Assembly: GCA_964187785.1 (NCBI GenBank)
Contig: OZ076409.1
Location: forward strand, 60,390,001 to 60,454,000
Length of the DNA stretch: 64,000 nt
Source: Amphiscolops sp. MND2022
Lineage: Eukaryota
Reading direction: 5' to 3'
In this document: positions 1-12,404 of the stretch, piece after piece
How the letters are laid out: each line of letters opens with the position of its first letter
How positions within the stretch are numbered: position 1 is the first letter of the stretch
Notes under the pieces: model-generated
What the model saw: only the letters and a program-made list of their open reading frames with translations
Told to the model about the DNA's origin: nothing
Database searches by the model: none
Made by a program: the position numbers and the translations under genes

Positions 1-334
1 CAGTTTTGGAATTGAAAGAACAATTTAAACAGCGTCTTCCTAAATAAATATCTCTTCAATCAAATTTTATACATTGCTAACGGAAGTTTTAATGTCTATC
101 AATATAAATCTGCAGAAATGTTGATTTTTGTTGAATTCCTTTCAGATTTTTTCTTTCCAAATAGGATTTTAAAATAAAAGTTTTCTTGGAAACATGGCTC
201 TCTTGATAAAATCTTACCATGGCATCTTGCAAATCTTGGCAATATCTTGTCACGATCTTAGCTAAGATTTTTCCAAGATCTTGGCAAGATCTTGCCAAGA
301 TCTTACTAAGATATCCATGGAGGGTCGACCCTGG
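1..334 (-). mobile_element. Partial copy (one end, cut by the window edge) of the non-autonomous TIR element at 8791-9789
   Basis: The reverse complement of 1-334 aligns by eye with about 8791-9100. It ends CCATGGAGGGTCGACCCTGG (the TIR) and carries the same CAAGATCTTG subterminal repeats. The ORF translations at 89..436(-) and 8807..9094(+) share similar text for this reason. Confidence 0.85.
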
Positions 335-3300
335 TAATAGTTCAATTGAATAAACTTCACCGAGTTTCATTAATGATCTGTCAGCACCCAAAGCTTGATT
401 TTGTGAAACTGCACATCCCAACTCTAACCTCAACAATTAAAGCCAGCCCAAAGTGTATTCGAGGCTTCGAGGGCGAAGACTCGAAGAGCAATTATGCTCC
501 TTCGTCCTTTTTGGATGGTAAAAGTGTAAGGCTATATGTACTTTTATGCATCTATTTGTATCATCCAAACAAATTAACTTCTCTTCCTTTTCTTTCTGTA
601 TTGGAAAATTTGCTCCAAAATAACTTTTTATATTTTTGTTTTTCATCGAATATACCTTTCATGCACCATCCTTCCCACTTTCGATTTTATTTTCGTTTGT
701 GCTTTCTTGTCCCGTTCTCTATTCCCCTTTTTAAAAATCTTGGCATCAATTGCAAATAATCCTCGACGTTTTCTTTAAATATTGATACCATCTGGATTTT
801 CCATTGCAATCATCCGTCTTTTATTGTCAACCTCAAGCCAGAAATTCTGGCTCTATCCTATGCTTACCCAAATGACATCATGTTTCTGGGAAATCTGCTT
901 TATTGAGCTTCAAACAAGTCATAGATGGCGGCAAAAATCCGCGACGCCTGCTGCTCTCGGAGTATTAAAAATTAAAATATGGTCCTTGATTCCGCCGCCT
1001 TCATTTTTTTCTAATGCGTCGTTCCGGGAATGTTTTGCCTTGAAAAAATTAAAATAGTTTTTCTTGAGAATGGTGCGCTACGAATTGATGGTGAGTCAAG
1101 CTATAGTGTTCAAGACATGTGAGAGGTAGTGCGAAAATTAAGAAGGGGGTGGTCCAAGTTGGCGCCCCGCTTGAGACGCAAAAAAGCTTTTAAAAAGTCC
1201 AGTTTATCCAAAAAGGTTCTCTGATTCTATTCGGTAAAAAACGCATGCCAGGTGAAAGCTGAATTGATTGAGTTCTCTCAAAAAAGATAGAGGTTAGCAA
1301 CTGTATAACAATATAGTATAATGTTCATACTGTAATTTTCGACAGTCTTTTTAAACAACATATCATTAAAAGCAGTTAATGAAAGCTCCTTGTGAACAAG
1401 TCATTAGTCTAGACAGTTATATGATTAAATCTCCTTTCGGATCGTTCCATGCCGCTATAAAAATGCCTACGATATTACTCCTTAAATAATTTAGGCACAA
1501 AAAGTATATTTAAATTATTTTCCAGAATAAACGAGAAAAAGTTGCACGAGGTGATTAATTTTTTTGAAAAACGTTCTTTGAAAAAAGTCTTTCGGATCAC
1601 AGTTGGAGCTTTTCTACGGTGGTGCGATATTTCAATATAAAAGGTAACTTTAAGATTATAATTTATGATTGCCTGATGCGATTTTAAACTCAGTCTAGGT
1701 GACTGCCGTTGTTTATTGGCTGGCTATCGCCACATTATTGCGACCACTGGGTTAGTTGCCTAGGGGTATATGTCTATGCTTCGAGGGTATATAATTGGGC
1801 GGACGCAGGTGAGGCTAATGGAAAGCCAATACAAGTAGGGGGAGGAACTTACAAAACAGGAGAAATCATTGCCGATAATCACAAGTCGTTCCAGGATCAA
1901 GAATTGTGGCGTCCTCTCAATTGCGAAATCAATTCACAATCGATATTAAAACCCAGCCAACAAGCTTCTATCTTACACTCTTATTTTACCCCCGTGCTGA
2001 TAAAAATCGATTATGTAATGCAATGTAGAGCCGCGCCAGCTAGCCAACTTTCCACTTTCGAAGACTACTTCTCATAACGGAGTAATTAGATCAATTTTTA
2101 ACACAGTCTGACACTACTCTAGCTTCTTATCAAATTCATTTCAGAACTCTGTCTGCTATTGCGGCTCCGCGAAAGCCGGAGTTTGAAATTGGCTAATTTC
2201 CAAATTTGACATGTACGGAGAAGCCCAAATTATTTAACAACTGTTTGGTGAGGATGTTGGGGGGAGGGCTACAAAATATGGGTGTCGCCATTGCAATTTG
2301 TGACCCAGTTGGTAATAGCAGATAACTACTGGTCTTCACTCTCTTTCCCTTAGACCACCCCTTGAGAAAGAGGTGCTATGATTCATTTGATTGCCTAACC
2401 CCCTCCCTTGTCACCTGTAATTAGATCAGGGTGCCTTGGACTGAAGGGGCAGTCTGTTGAATCCAATCAGTGTCACCTGACATCACGTGACTTTCCAACC
2501 AATTTATCTCAAACTATTCAAAAAGTTCCGAAAATTTAGAATTCCTATGACTTACTTTAACCTATAAATCAAAACTTGATTGATTGAGTTGTCGCATGTG
2601 TAATCAGCAGGGAGCAGTTGTTTGCAGTTATTGTGTCTTTCAACCCTAAATGCTGTGTATTATCAAAAGTTCTAAAATCACCACCTTTTTTAAATTGAAG
2701 ATTCCATAGAAAATGTATTTTTGTGTACACATGCTTTGGTTTTGTTTTGAGATTTCATGCTCTGACAGCTTGACGCATGACTTTGAAAGTCCAGTTGAAG
2801 AAAAACACGAAGAACTGTTTATCATAAGTCTTTTTTCTTTGTGTTGATTTTTGACCCACAAATCAAAGTTGGTCATGTTTGCGGATAAAATAATAAAGCA
2901 AGGACGTCGGCTATACAAAAAAGAAGAACGCATTTTTGGTCTACTATCACACTTTGAAAATTTGAATCGTCTTCTTATAGCAGTTGTCAAGGCGCCTCCC
3001 AGGTCCTCCTTCTCAGGTAGTCCAGCTAATACCTCACTCACTGATCGGCAGACGTTTGACCAACTTAATTTCCTTGCGAAGATACTCCGCATTTTCGGGC
3101 CCGAAAATGGAAGTTTGAGACTGAAACTTTTCCGATATCATTTCTAGTTGCATCGTCAATGTTGAGAAGCCATGATACCAATCAAACCAGAATCGGAAGT
3201 TTGTCTTTCTTGACGAACGTTTTTGTTGGATGGTGCTCAGATTCCGAACTTGAGTTTCTTTCTGATTCGGACTCTGGGCTTCTATTTGAATCGTTTTTAG

Positions 3301-3501
3301 AGAAATCAGAGTAAGATCTTTCGCTTGGAGGTTTCATAGTTTTTTGTATTGCCTTTCTCATGAACGTCATCAGTTTCTGTAAGCTCTCTGGTGAAAGGAT
3401 TTTCATAGTTTTCGACGGCAAGTCTTCGCCTGTTCAGGAGGAATCGATAAGACGTTATCCAGACGCTACAAACACAGCAACAAAACCATCTTCCATGTAC
3501 A

Positions 3502-4034
3502 GTGATTGATTTACCGTTACGCGAGATTGGGTTTGATGTCGAAACTGAATGTAGACTGGAGGCTATGGAGCAATGTAGTAGAAGAGACTGTTTACTGCTC
3601 TTTGGACTATACGAAATGGAATTCGAGGACTGCACTGAGAAAATGGTCCGAACTGCCCATGCTATGGGGGTCAATATTACTGCTGCCGACGTCTCATTCA
3701 GCCACCGCCTACAAGTCAGAACCCGCCGAAGAGACCAGCCGAGGCCAATTATTGCCAAATTTACTCGCAGAAGTGTAACAAATGAAGTTTTTGAATCGAA
3801 ACACCGGCTTAAAGAATCGCTGAATCATTACAATGTCTATGTACAAGAACAACTGACAAAAGCAAGGTCGAGAGCCATTTACCGTATGAAGGAGCAGGAA
3901 CCAGAGTCAGCATTTTCGACTCTCGACTACTATACACCCACGATGGGAAGCATGGAGTGATCAACTCTCTGGCTGAACTTCCCTCGAAATTGGGATGGAA
4001 TCGTGCCAAAATGAAAGAAATCTTTGCAAAATAG
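3502..4034 (+). pseudogene. LINE ORF1 remnant (L1-type RRM/CTD-like nucleic-acid-binding protein), frameshifted near its 3' end
   Basis: RLEAMEQCSRRDCLLLFGL...SHRL...PRPIIAKF...VYVQEQLTKAR is the typical LINE ORF1 pattern (LEQYSRR.N..I.G / HR. / RPII.KF / I.EDLT). It continues in another frame as GVINSLAELPSKLGW...IFAK* to the TAG at 4032-4034. Confidence 0.8.
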
Positions 4035-4084
4035 CAATCAACAACGCGATTTTGTCCTAATAGCTTTAAAGATAACATCTCAAT

Positions 4085-7000
4085 TTGTCTTTTGAATATG
4101 AGGTGCTAAATATCAAAATAACTTTGAAAGAAATCCAACGAGTAGTCAGTGCGAATGACATTGTTGGACTTACGGAAACGCTATATAATGTTTTTGACGC
4201 TGAAGAATTCAGTGAGCATGAAACTTTCACTGGAACTGACAAGTCGAAACTGAAAGGCTTCCAGGGCCTTGCTTTTCTAATACTTAAGAGCCTGAAATAT
4301 CACTTTACTGAAAGCAATCTTGAACTTTGGCTTAGATGTAAATTTTAACTGCGTTGACTACTCGATTGGACTTTACTATATACCGTGTGAAAGCTCGAGA
4401 CATTGGGATGGCAATTATTTTGATGAAATCCAAGAAGACATACTTAAGTTTAAAAATCCGTCGCGTAATATTTTAATAATGGGCGATTTCAATGCCCGAA
4501 CTGGAAACCTATATGACTGCCTTCTGCTTGGCGGTGAGATAAATACTATAGAATCTAGAGCAAGTAGAGATACAAAGATCAACTCAAACGGTAGGCTGCT
4601 AGTTGACCTAAAACAACAGAAATTGCTATCATCAACGGTAGAATCGGCGGAGACAAGCATATCGGCGAATACACGTGCGTAACACATGATGGAAAAAGTA
4701 GTGTTGGTTACTATTCTCGCGGAGCACTTTCTTGCTTCGACTCAGTTCTAAACCTCTCTGTAAAAAATTTCGATCCATCTTTATCCGATGTTCACTGCTG
4801 TCTAGTACTCGAACTTGGATGCAGCAAAGTATCCCCAAATATCGAATCTCCTCAAAGTGCAACTCCAATGAAACGTGTTTGGAATGAAGCCAAGAAAAAA
4901 GAAGTTTTGAAACACTTAAGTACAAAGGATTTTTCGGAAATTCAAGCTTGTTTGGATGCTGAAAAGCAGGCAGATACAGTAGTGAATAATGGTAATGCCC
5001 TTCTGAAAGAAATATTACTCGATAATGCCAAGTCAGTTGGCGCTTTAAAACAAAAACGTTAACCCGAATTTGTACCACGCAATGACTGGTTCGGTGATGA
5101 CTGCCAAATCCGACGGCGCATATACCGCAGAAAGTTACGGGAAGCAAACAAAACATCCAATCATTGCGAGAGGAAAGCAGCGACTAAAGAATATAAGTTG
5201 TCTTTGCTGCAAAAGAAAAGTAAATGGGATTCTGACACTAATCAGCTACTACGCTAGAAAAAACTTGACAACCCGAAAGAACATTGGTCTTTTTTGAAAA
5301 GACTCTCAAGAGAACTAAACAATATCCCCATTGAGAAATCTAATCTATTGAGAATACGATCACTTCAAATACCTGAACAATGCTCTCGAAGCTCCGCAAG
5401 TTTTTGATGATTTGAATGTACCCATTACAGCGAGTGAAGTACGTTTCTGTATGAAAAAGATTAAAAATGATAAATCAACTGGTCTCGATGATATCTACCC
5501 TGAATTTATAAAGTATGTTCCCGATGAACTTGTTCTCATGATAACCACAATTTTCTGCAAAATACTTGGTATAGGGATAGTGCCCGATGACTGGGCGACC
5601 TCAATATACCAGCCCATTTTCAAAAAAGGGGGAAAATGGACCCCAACAACTACCGGGGTATATCTCTAGCCAGTTGTGTCTGTAAGCTCTTCACCTCGGT
5701 GCTCACTGAAAGAATCTAGAGAGAAAGAAAAAAGACCTAGAGAAACGAGATGTGTTAGGATTGGAACAAGCAAGTTTTAGAAAAAATACTGGATGCGTTA
5801 ATTATGTTTTCATTATATCATCAATCATGAGCACATACCTTGCACAGAAGAAGAAACTTTTTGTTACATTGATCGACTATGAAAAAGCCTTCGATAAGGT
5901 AGACCATGGATTACTTTGGCAAAAACAAGGACAAGCTAAAATAACGGGAAAAGTTTCACGCGTCGTCCAAAGCCTCTATCAGAAAACCAAAGCACGTGTT
6001 CGAGTTAATGGAGAACTAACTGATGTCTTTGATTGCAATAAAGGTGTACGTCAAGGTGACAATTCATCGCCACTTCGTTTCATAAGTTTTGTGAATGATT
6101 TCAATAACTTGATACGAACGGAATTTGAAGGTATTTGTCTGAATGCAGAGCGAAGTGAAGAGTTTACAACTTTTTTGAAGATGTACTCACTTCTATACGC
6201 AGATGATACGCTTCTGCTTAGTGAAACTGAGGAAGATATGCAACGAGCTCTCGACGCAACCTTGAAAAATTGCATTCAGAATAAAATGACAATAATTATA
6301 TCGAAAACTAAATTTATGATTTGTTCAAGAGGTAAAATTAGGAAACAGTCAACTGTTTACATTATTAGAACTGCAATTGAGCGTGTCGATACATTTTGCT
6401 ACCTCGGAATCATGTTAAAGTACAACAACACGTTTCAAGCTGCTATGAAAAATAATGTCGATAAAGCTAAAAAGGCACTATTCAAGTTGGACGTTCTTAT
6501 GAGTAGAATCGATCTCGAAATAGACACCAAAATACACCTTTTTGACGTGATGATAAAGCCCCTTTTACTATATGGCTGTGAAGAGTGGGGCCATGGGGAC
6601 ATTGAGCAGATTGAAGTTTTCCATCGTAATTTTTTCAGACGTCTGCTCCGTATACAAAAAAGTGCCCCTAAAGCAATGACATATGGGGAGTTAGGGCAAC
6701 AAGAACTGAAATTTACAATATGGCAAAGAAAGGCATCTTTTTGGAAAAAACTTTCGTACGATAAAAAAGTTTTGCGAATTTTATGTTTTGGCTAATCAAT
6801 TCCAACGAATATGTGAACAAATGGATACTGAGTGTGAAAACTATTATGGTTAGCTGCGGAATACCTATGATAGATACATACGTGAATTACACCAGAGACG
6901 CCGAGTTCAAGAAGTATACCAAGCGACAAAGTGAAGACTTAGCTTTTCAGTCCTGGCATACGATGCTACATTCCACCTCGCTTCGCGACTGCTATAGGGG

Positions 7001-7364
7001 ATTCAAACATCGGCTGCTTCTAGAACCTTATCTACAAAAAATAAAGGGTAAACAAAGGGTGCAACTAAGCCAATTTCGCTGCGCACCGTACACCTCACCG
7101 AGAGTGACAGAGAGAATCACTGACAACTATAATCAAAATTGTCTGTTTTGCTGTAAGCAATGTAAAGCGGATGAATATCACATGATTATGGTATGTGAAT
7201 ATTTTAGAAATAGTAGGGAAGAACTTCTTCCGGATTTTCATTACTCGTATCCGAATATGGTGAAACTTGACCAGCTGATGAAGACCGTGAATTTTGAATT
7301 ACTCAAAAAACATTCCGCCGTATGCGGTATTATCTGTAAAGCTTATACATCTAGTACTAGCTAA
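4085..7364 (+). pseudogene. LINE ORF2 (AP-endonuclease + reverse transcriptase + C-terminal Cys/His motif) broken by several frameshifts and stops
   Basis: Endonuclease motifs DIVGLTET, ILIMGDFNARTG and NSNGRLL. Pre-RT motifs KSTGLDDIYPEFIK and PIFKKG. RT motifs IDYEKAFDKVDH, GVRQGDNSSP, LLYADD and FCYLG. C-terminal CLFC...DEYHMIMVC. The protein is spread over at least 7 ORF fragments. Confidence 0.93.
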
Positions 7365-8790
7365 TTATCATTTTCTTTATTGTTTGTAATTTGTACGCCC
7401 TCGGGCAACAAATTAATAAATTATTCATTCATTCATCCAATTACTTTCTTTGATTACAACAAAAAAGACTCTGAAAACGCCTGTTTTTGATACCCTTTTT
7501 ACTACAATTCACTGCAGAGAAAAAATACGAAACAATTTCAAAACTGTTCTTCGCAAAATTTTGGTGTTTTTGGAATCTAGTGTTTTTTAGGCAAGCAAGT
7601 ATTTGAAACATTTTTTGTTTTTTTTTCAGTCAGCACATCTTGAGAGAAAAGGTACAGAACTTTGGCTATTTTGGTGAATTTGTCACTGAAAAGTTCCATT
7701 TTTCAGATTTTTTAGTCCCAGTTAAAATTCCTTGGTCAAAAGGAAGGTATGCTATTGGTTAATACGCTGGCTTCCGGAACAGATGACCGTGGGTTAGAAA
7801 TTGGCTATAATTTTTTTGAAACTACAAATCTTCAAATTCAAGCACGTTACAAGCTTTTTCTGATACAAGGTGTAAAATGTGACACCTGCAGTGGTGATTC
7901 TACAAAAAGCAACATAAGGCAAACCTCAAAACCTAATATTTCGAAAACGGCTGTGATTTTTTAAAAGTAAAAGTTTCTACGATTTTTATCTATTTACAAA
8001 GGTTATTTAGTTTGGAAAATATGCAATGAAAATTGAGGTTTTTCTCTATTTTGCTTCAAGCGTTTGAGAAATGTTATGTTCAATTGACCGTCCTGAACTT
8101 ACCGAAGCCCCTGATCTGTTTTAACTTCAACATCATCCTAAAATCTTAGGCTTCTGCTTTTCGGAATCATCTAAAATCTTAGGCGATAAAACTAGGCTTT
8201 TCCGAAAAAACATGTAAGAAGAAAGTTTTGAAGTTTTTTAAGTGAAAACAAGCTCATACTAAGACAATTCACAAAAATTTCTAGAAAAAAATATATTGTC
8301 CGATTTGGGCGAATCTTTCTGACAAAATTATCGTGAAATCAAATAAGTATGTGCCAAACATTCGAAAAACTAAAAAATTGACCAACAAAATGAGCGCGTG
8401 AGACTTTAATTAGCCAATGAGATTTGTATATTTGCTCTTTCCGCGTGATACGATGCTTCTTCTAAAATCAATGCCTTAGATGAAACAGAGCGCTATTCTG
8501 CCTTGTTTACGTCTTGCTTGTTAGAAGTTAGCTTTTCGAACCTCATTAACTCTAGTTTTGTGGCTCCTTTAAACTCCACCGGAAGTATTTTTTGATGGGT
8601 GTAACAGTAACCATATTGGGTATAGTGTTTGCAGTTCGGGTTTAACTTTCCGAAACAAAATTGTTCGGGTTTGATTGCTCTCGTTTTTAGCAAAGCGAGT
8701 GATTCATATTTCCGCTATGTTTGCTATGTCCGGAACGTTACATTTTTTTCAAATATTAGGAATTTGAAAGATGACGTAGTTAAATGCTTT

Positions 8791-9789
8791 CCCGGGTCGA
8801 CCCTCCATGGATATCTTAGTAAGATCTTGCCAAGATCTTACAAAAATCTTAGCTAAGATCTTGCCAAGATATTGCAAAGAATTGCAAGATGTGATGGTAA
8901 AACCTTATCAAGAGAGCCATGTTCCCAAGAAAAATTTTATTGTAAAATCCTATTTGGGCAGAAAAGATCTGAAAGGTCAACAAAAATATACATCTATGCA
9001 GATTTACATTGTTAGACAGGACAATTTTCTGTTAGCAAGGTATAAAATTTCATTGCAGAGTGCTTATGCTGTATATTTGGGAGGCACTGATTAAATTGTT
9101 CTGTCAATAGCAAAACCGTCGCCAATAACGGCGACAAAAAAGCCTCGAGCTGAATCATTGCCCAAAACGGGGCAATGGCAGCCGTTTCCAGCAGTAATAG
9201 GACTGTTGAAACAGGCTCAGAGAAAGCTGGAGATATGAAGATAAAAAAGTTTCCACATTTCTGAGTGTTCTCGGTGTAACTTTCTGATAGTGGCTCTGGA
9301 TTTTTAAGAGCATTTTTCTCCGTCTCTGGAATCGACATGAGTGATAAGTAACAAGTTTTCAAAACGCCTTGACATGAGTTTTCATTTGCTACATTCGCAT
9401 TCTTCAGTCTTAAACAGGTGAGGAGTTGTTAGGATTCTCCACATAACTTCGGAAGCCCGAATACGTTATCGTAATTTTACGCACATTTTAGCATGCAAAG
9501 TTACTTCAGCGGGTTGAACTATTTTGATTATGAAAGCGAGTAGAAATAGTCGCTGTTGGGTGAAATTAGCCTTTAGATAGAGTCTCGGCTGCTTGTACCA
9601 AAGGTATAGTGTTTTTTATAATCTTAGAACTTTGTCCGTCGTGATAAGATGCGATCTTGGAATATTGTATTATCTTAGTAAGATCTTAATAAGAATCTTG
9701 CCATGGGTTCCATGGTTGCCAAGATGTAGTAAGAATTTGGCAAGATCTTGCCAAGACAGCCAAGATGCTAGTAAGAGGGTCAACCCGGG
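8791..9789. mobile_element. Complete ~1.0-kb non-autonomous DNA transposon with CCC...GGG ends, EnSpm/CMC-like
   Basis: TIR CCCGGGTCGACCCTC (8791) / GAGGGTCAACCCGGG (to 9789), 14/15 match. Flanked by TT on both sides (2-bp TSD). Arrays of ~11-bp palindromic CAAGATCTTG-type subterminal repeats at both ends. No transposase is recognisable. Confidence 0.85.
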
Positions 9790-10730
9790 TTGCTAGAAGA
9801 CTTTGCTTCGGGGACACACTGTGAAATTTGTCATACAAAGGAACACGTTCTAATTGAGCGTAAGAAATCTCTCTTGCTACATTAATGCTAAAAGAAAATT
9901 AAAATTTTAAAAAAGAAAATTAAAATGCTAAAAAAATTAAAATGAAAAAAGAACAAGATTTTGTGCAATTTTTCCGAAAACAACGAAAGGCATTGGAAAT
10001 AATTAATGCTAGCTTTTTTCCAGATTTTGCTCAATGAAAGTCCGAGTAAAATAAAAGCCACTGTTACTTGTATTCAAAGGAAAACGTTCGAGCAAAATAT
10101 TGGAACTCTCATGAATGCAAAAAATTGAGAAATGTTTTTTCTGTTGAACGGCGCTTGAAACTTCCATAGGAACAACATAGTTCGGTCCCGTCTTAAACTT
10201 CACCTTTAATTTTCAGAAAAAATCACAAAAAAAATCAACAAAAAATGAACACAATACTACAATGGAACAAAGTGAATTTGTCTGAAATTAAGACTGAATC
10301 AAGCAAAAACCGCCTTTGCACACAACCCAAGGACTTGAGCTCTTGACAGAAAACGTCGGGTGCATAAAATAGGTTTTTGCGTTTTCAATTTTTAACTTTT
10401 ATCACATTTTAATTTTTGCAGGAACAATTTCTATATTTTCATTCTATACTTTTTAGTAGCTCAATTTGAAAAACGATCTTCGTCAAGAAGTTTAATCTTT
10501 TACAACTTTCGAAAACATTTCTCGAAAATTGTCTCCATTTGAAACAATCTAAAGCGAGTTTTCTGTCGATTGATACCATTACCACAACTTTTGATACCGT
10601 TTTTGGAACACAAAATTCCGACCAACAAAGGTAAAGCGAGAATATTCATAGCTGAAATCTTTGCGCGGACGTCCCGCGCTCTCGCTCTAGTTCCGAAATT
10701 GCTCCAATTTCAGTTCGTTGTCTATGAATT

Positions 10731-11522
10731 AACAAGACGGGAACGTAGGAACGTATAAAGTCGGCACTACACCTAAGGCTCAAAAAGCGCAGTTTTTAAA
10801 ATATACCCCGGACGTTCTTATGGAAAATTTTTGAAACAGCCAAAAGGTGTCTTTCCGGCAAACGCTTCAAAATTTCGGATATTGCGTGCTGAGACAAACG
10901 CGAGCACAAACACCTCCTCCTGAGTAAAACGCAAATTATTCGGATATAACGTCCAAAGTTCGGATATAGTGTGCTGAGACAAATCGGAGCGCTTGTTTTT
11001 GCACCTCCACTTCCTCCTCAGTAAAACGCAAAATAGTTCGGATATAACATCAAAAATTCGGATTCGGATATACCGCAATACTTTCGAACCTTCGCCTCCA
11101 AAACTCTCGCAGTGCCAAAAAATATAAGGGGGGCGATTTAGGATTTTTAACATCCTTCCTGTTGCAAAATATCAAAAAATTGAAAGCGGTTTTGGTGCAA
11201 TCAAAAATTTTTGGAAAAAAATCTCAAAGTGCCGAAAACAATCTAAGTTAAAAACACCAAGATAACCAAAGGGAATAAGGGGATCCTTAGTATGTTTTCG
11301 AGGTTCTCGACATCGGTTTTGGACGAGGCTCTGACATTTCGAGTATGTTTTGGACATCCGTAGCTCAACTTGAAAGAACTGAACAGAAAGTGGACCTTAC
11401 GTATCTAAAAAAACTACCTACTGTAAGAGTCGGACACTTTTCTTGAAAAGCGCCGACTAATAAAAACTTGTCACTGTAATAGTCGAGCATTGTTCCTTCA
11501 GGAAAAATGCGCCGACTAAAAA
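10731..11522 (-). mobile_element. Helentron-associated (HINE/DINE-1-like) non-autonomous element with a duplicated 5' terminus
   Basis: Begins AACAAGACGGGAACGT...AAGTCGGCAC (reverse complement of the 3' stem-loop and subTIR). Ends with two successive AGTCG...GCGCCGACTAA modules (ending ~11460 and ~11522). Internal ~100-bp repeats (TTCGGATATAAC) are shared with the 52.1-52.6 kb copy. Confidence 0.7.
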
Positions 11523-12404
11523 GGCTACTTTTATTGTGTTTTTTAATTGCGCTGTGTGGAATGGCGAAGCTGTTCGTCATTTTATTTCAATCCGGTTATG
11601 GAACCAAAGTATTTCTATAAAAACTCAAAACTCCTGAAATCTAAAAAGCTACAAAAAAACCTTTTTTAACACGTTTTGAAAGTACACGGTTATATGTAAT
11701 TTGTTTTCGACGCTATTCATTTTTCCCAAAACATGCCACAAAGTTTTTAAATCCAGTTTAAAAGGATTTTTCCAAGACCAAAACGTCCTCCTTGCAAATT
11801 GTTCGTGGCACATTTTTCAAAAAAATCTTGAACGAATCTTGAGCGAGGCGCCCATCCATGCAGTTCCGCTTTGTTTCATGGTATGTTTTGATCTGACCTC
11901 ATTGAGCTTTGCTTCGATGTCGGCTCTCACCCGGCTGTTCGAAAAGTTGATTCGAAAAAATTTTCGAAGAAAAACTCTGAGCTATTTTGGGCTCTTGATA
12001 GCTTCGTCATCGTAAATCAAATCACAATTCTTCACTTTGCGAATTGCAAGATCTTTTGAAAAACTTGTAGGCAGAGTTGTAAAAATACATTCATGTTTTT
12101 GAATTTTTTTCAACTTCTTCCTGGCCAACAATTTAATACTTTGAATATATTGTCCCATATTGCGTGACGAAAAACATATTGTTCGAACAAAGTTTAGTTA
12201 TACACTTCTTCGACAGTATCTACATCCTTTTCATTTTCGCAAATAACAAACTTTTCAAGTTGAACAGGCAAGGTTTTATCCGATAGTCCCCAATTACCGC
12301 TTTTCATCCATGCAGCAATAATACCAAACGTTGTAGGTAAGACTTGATGTATGGATTTCTTACGCTTCTAGTAACTAACTTCCAACATTCGTGTTAATAC
12401 TTGC

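Larger units (their letters stand above)
3502..7436 (+). mobile_element. Non-LTR retrotransposon (LINE, CR1/L2 group, e.g. Crack/Daphne-like), 5'-truncated and degenerate
   Basis: An ORF1 remnant is followed by a fragmented endonuclease-RT ORF2. The 3' UTR has a GCCC-TC-GGGC stem-loop, AATAAA and an (ATTC)n tail ending near 7436. The 5' boundary is approximate and no TSD was found. Confidence 0.93.

Noticed and set aside
346..920. ORFs 346..759(+) and 437..646(-), purine-rich minus strand
   Set aside because: No recognisable domain and no consistent frame. It may be a decayed transposon gene but cannot be supported.
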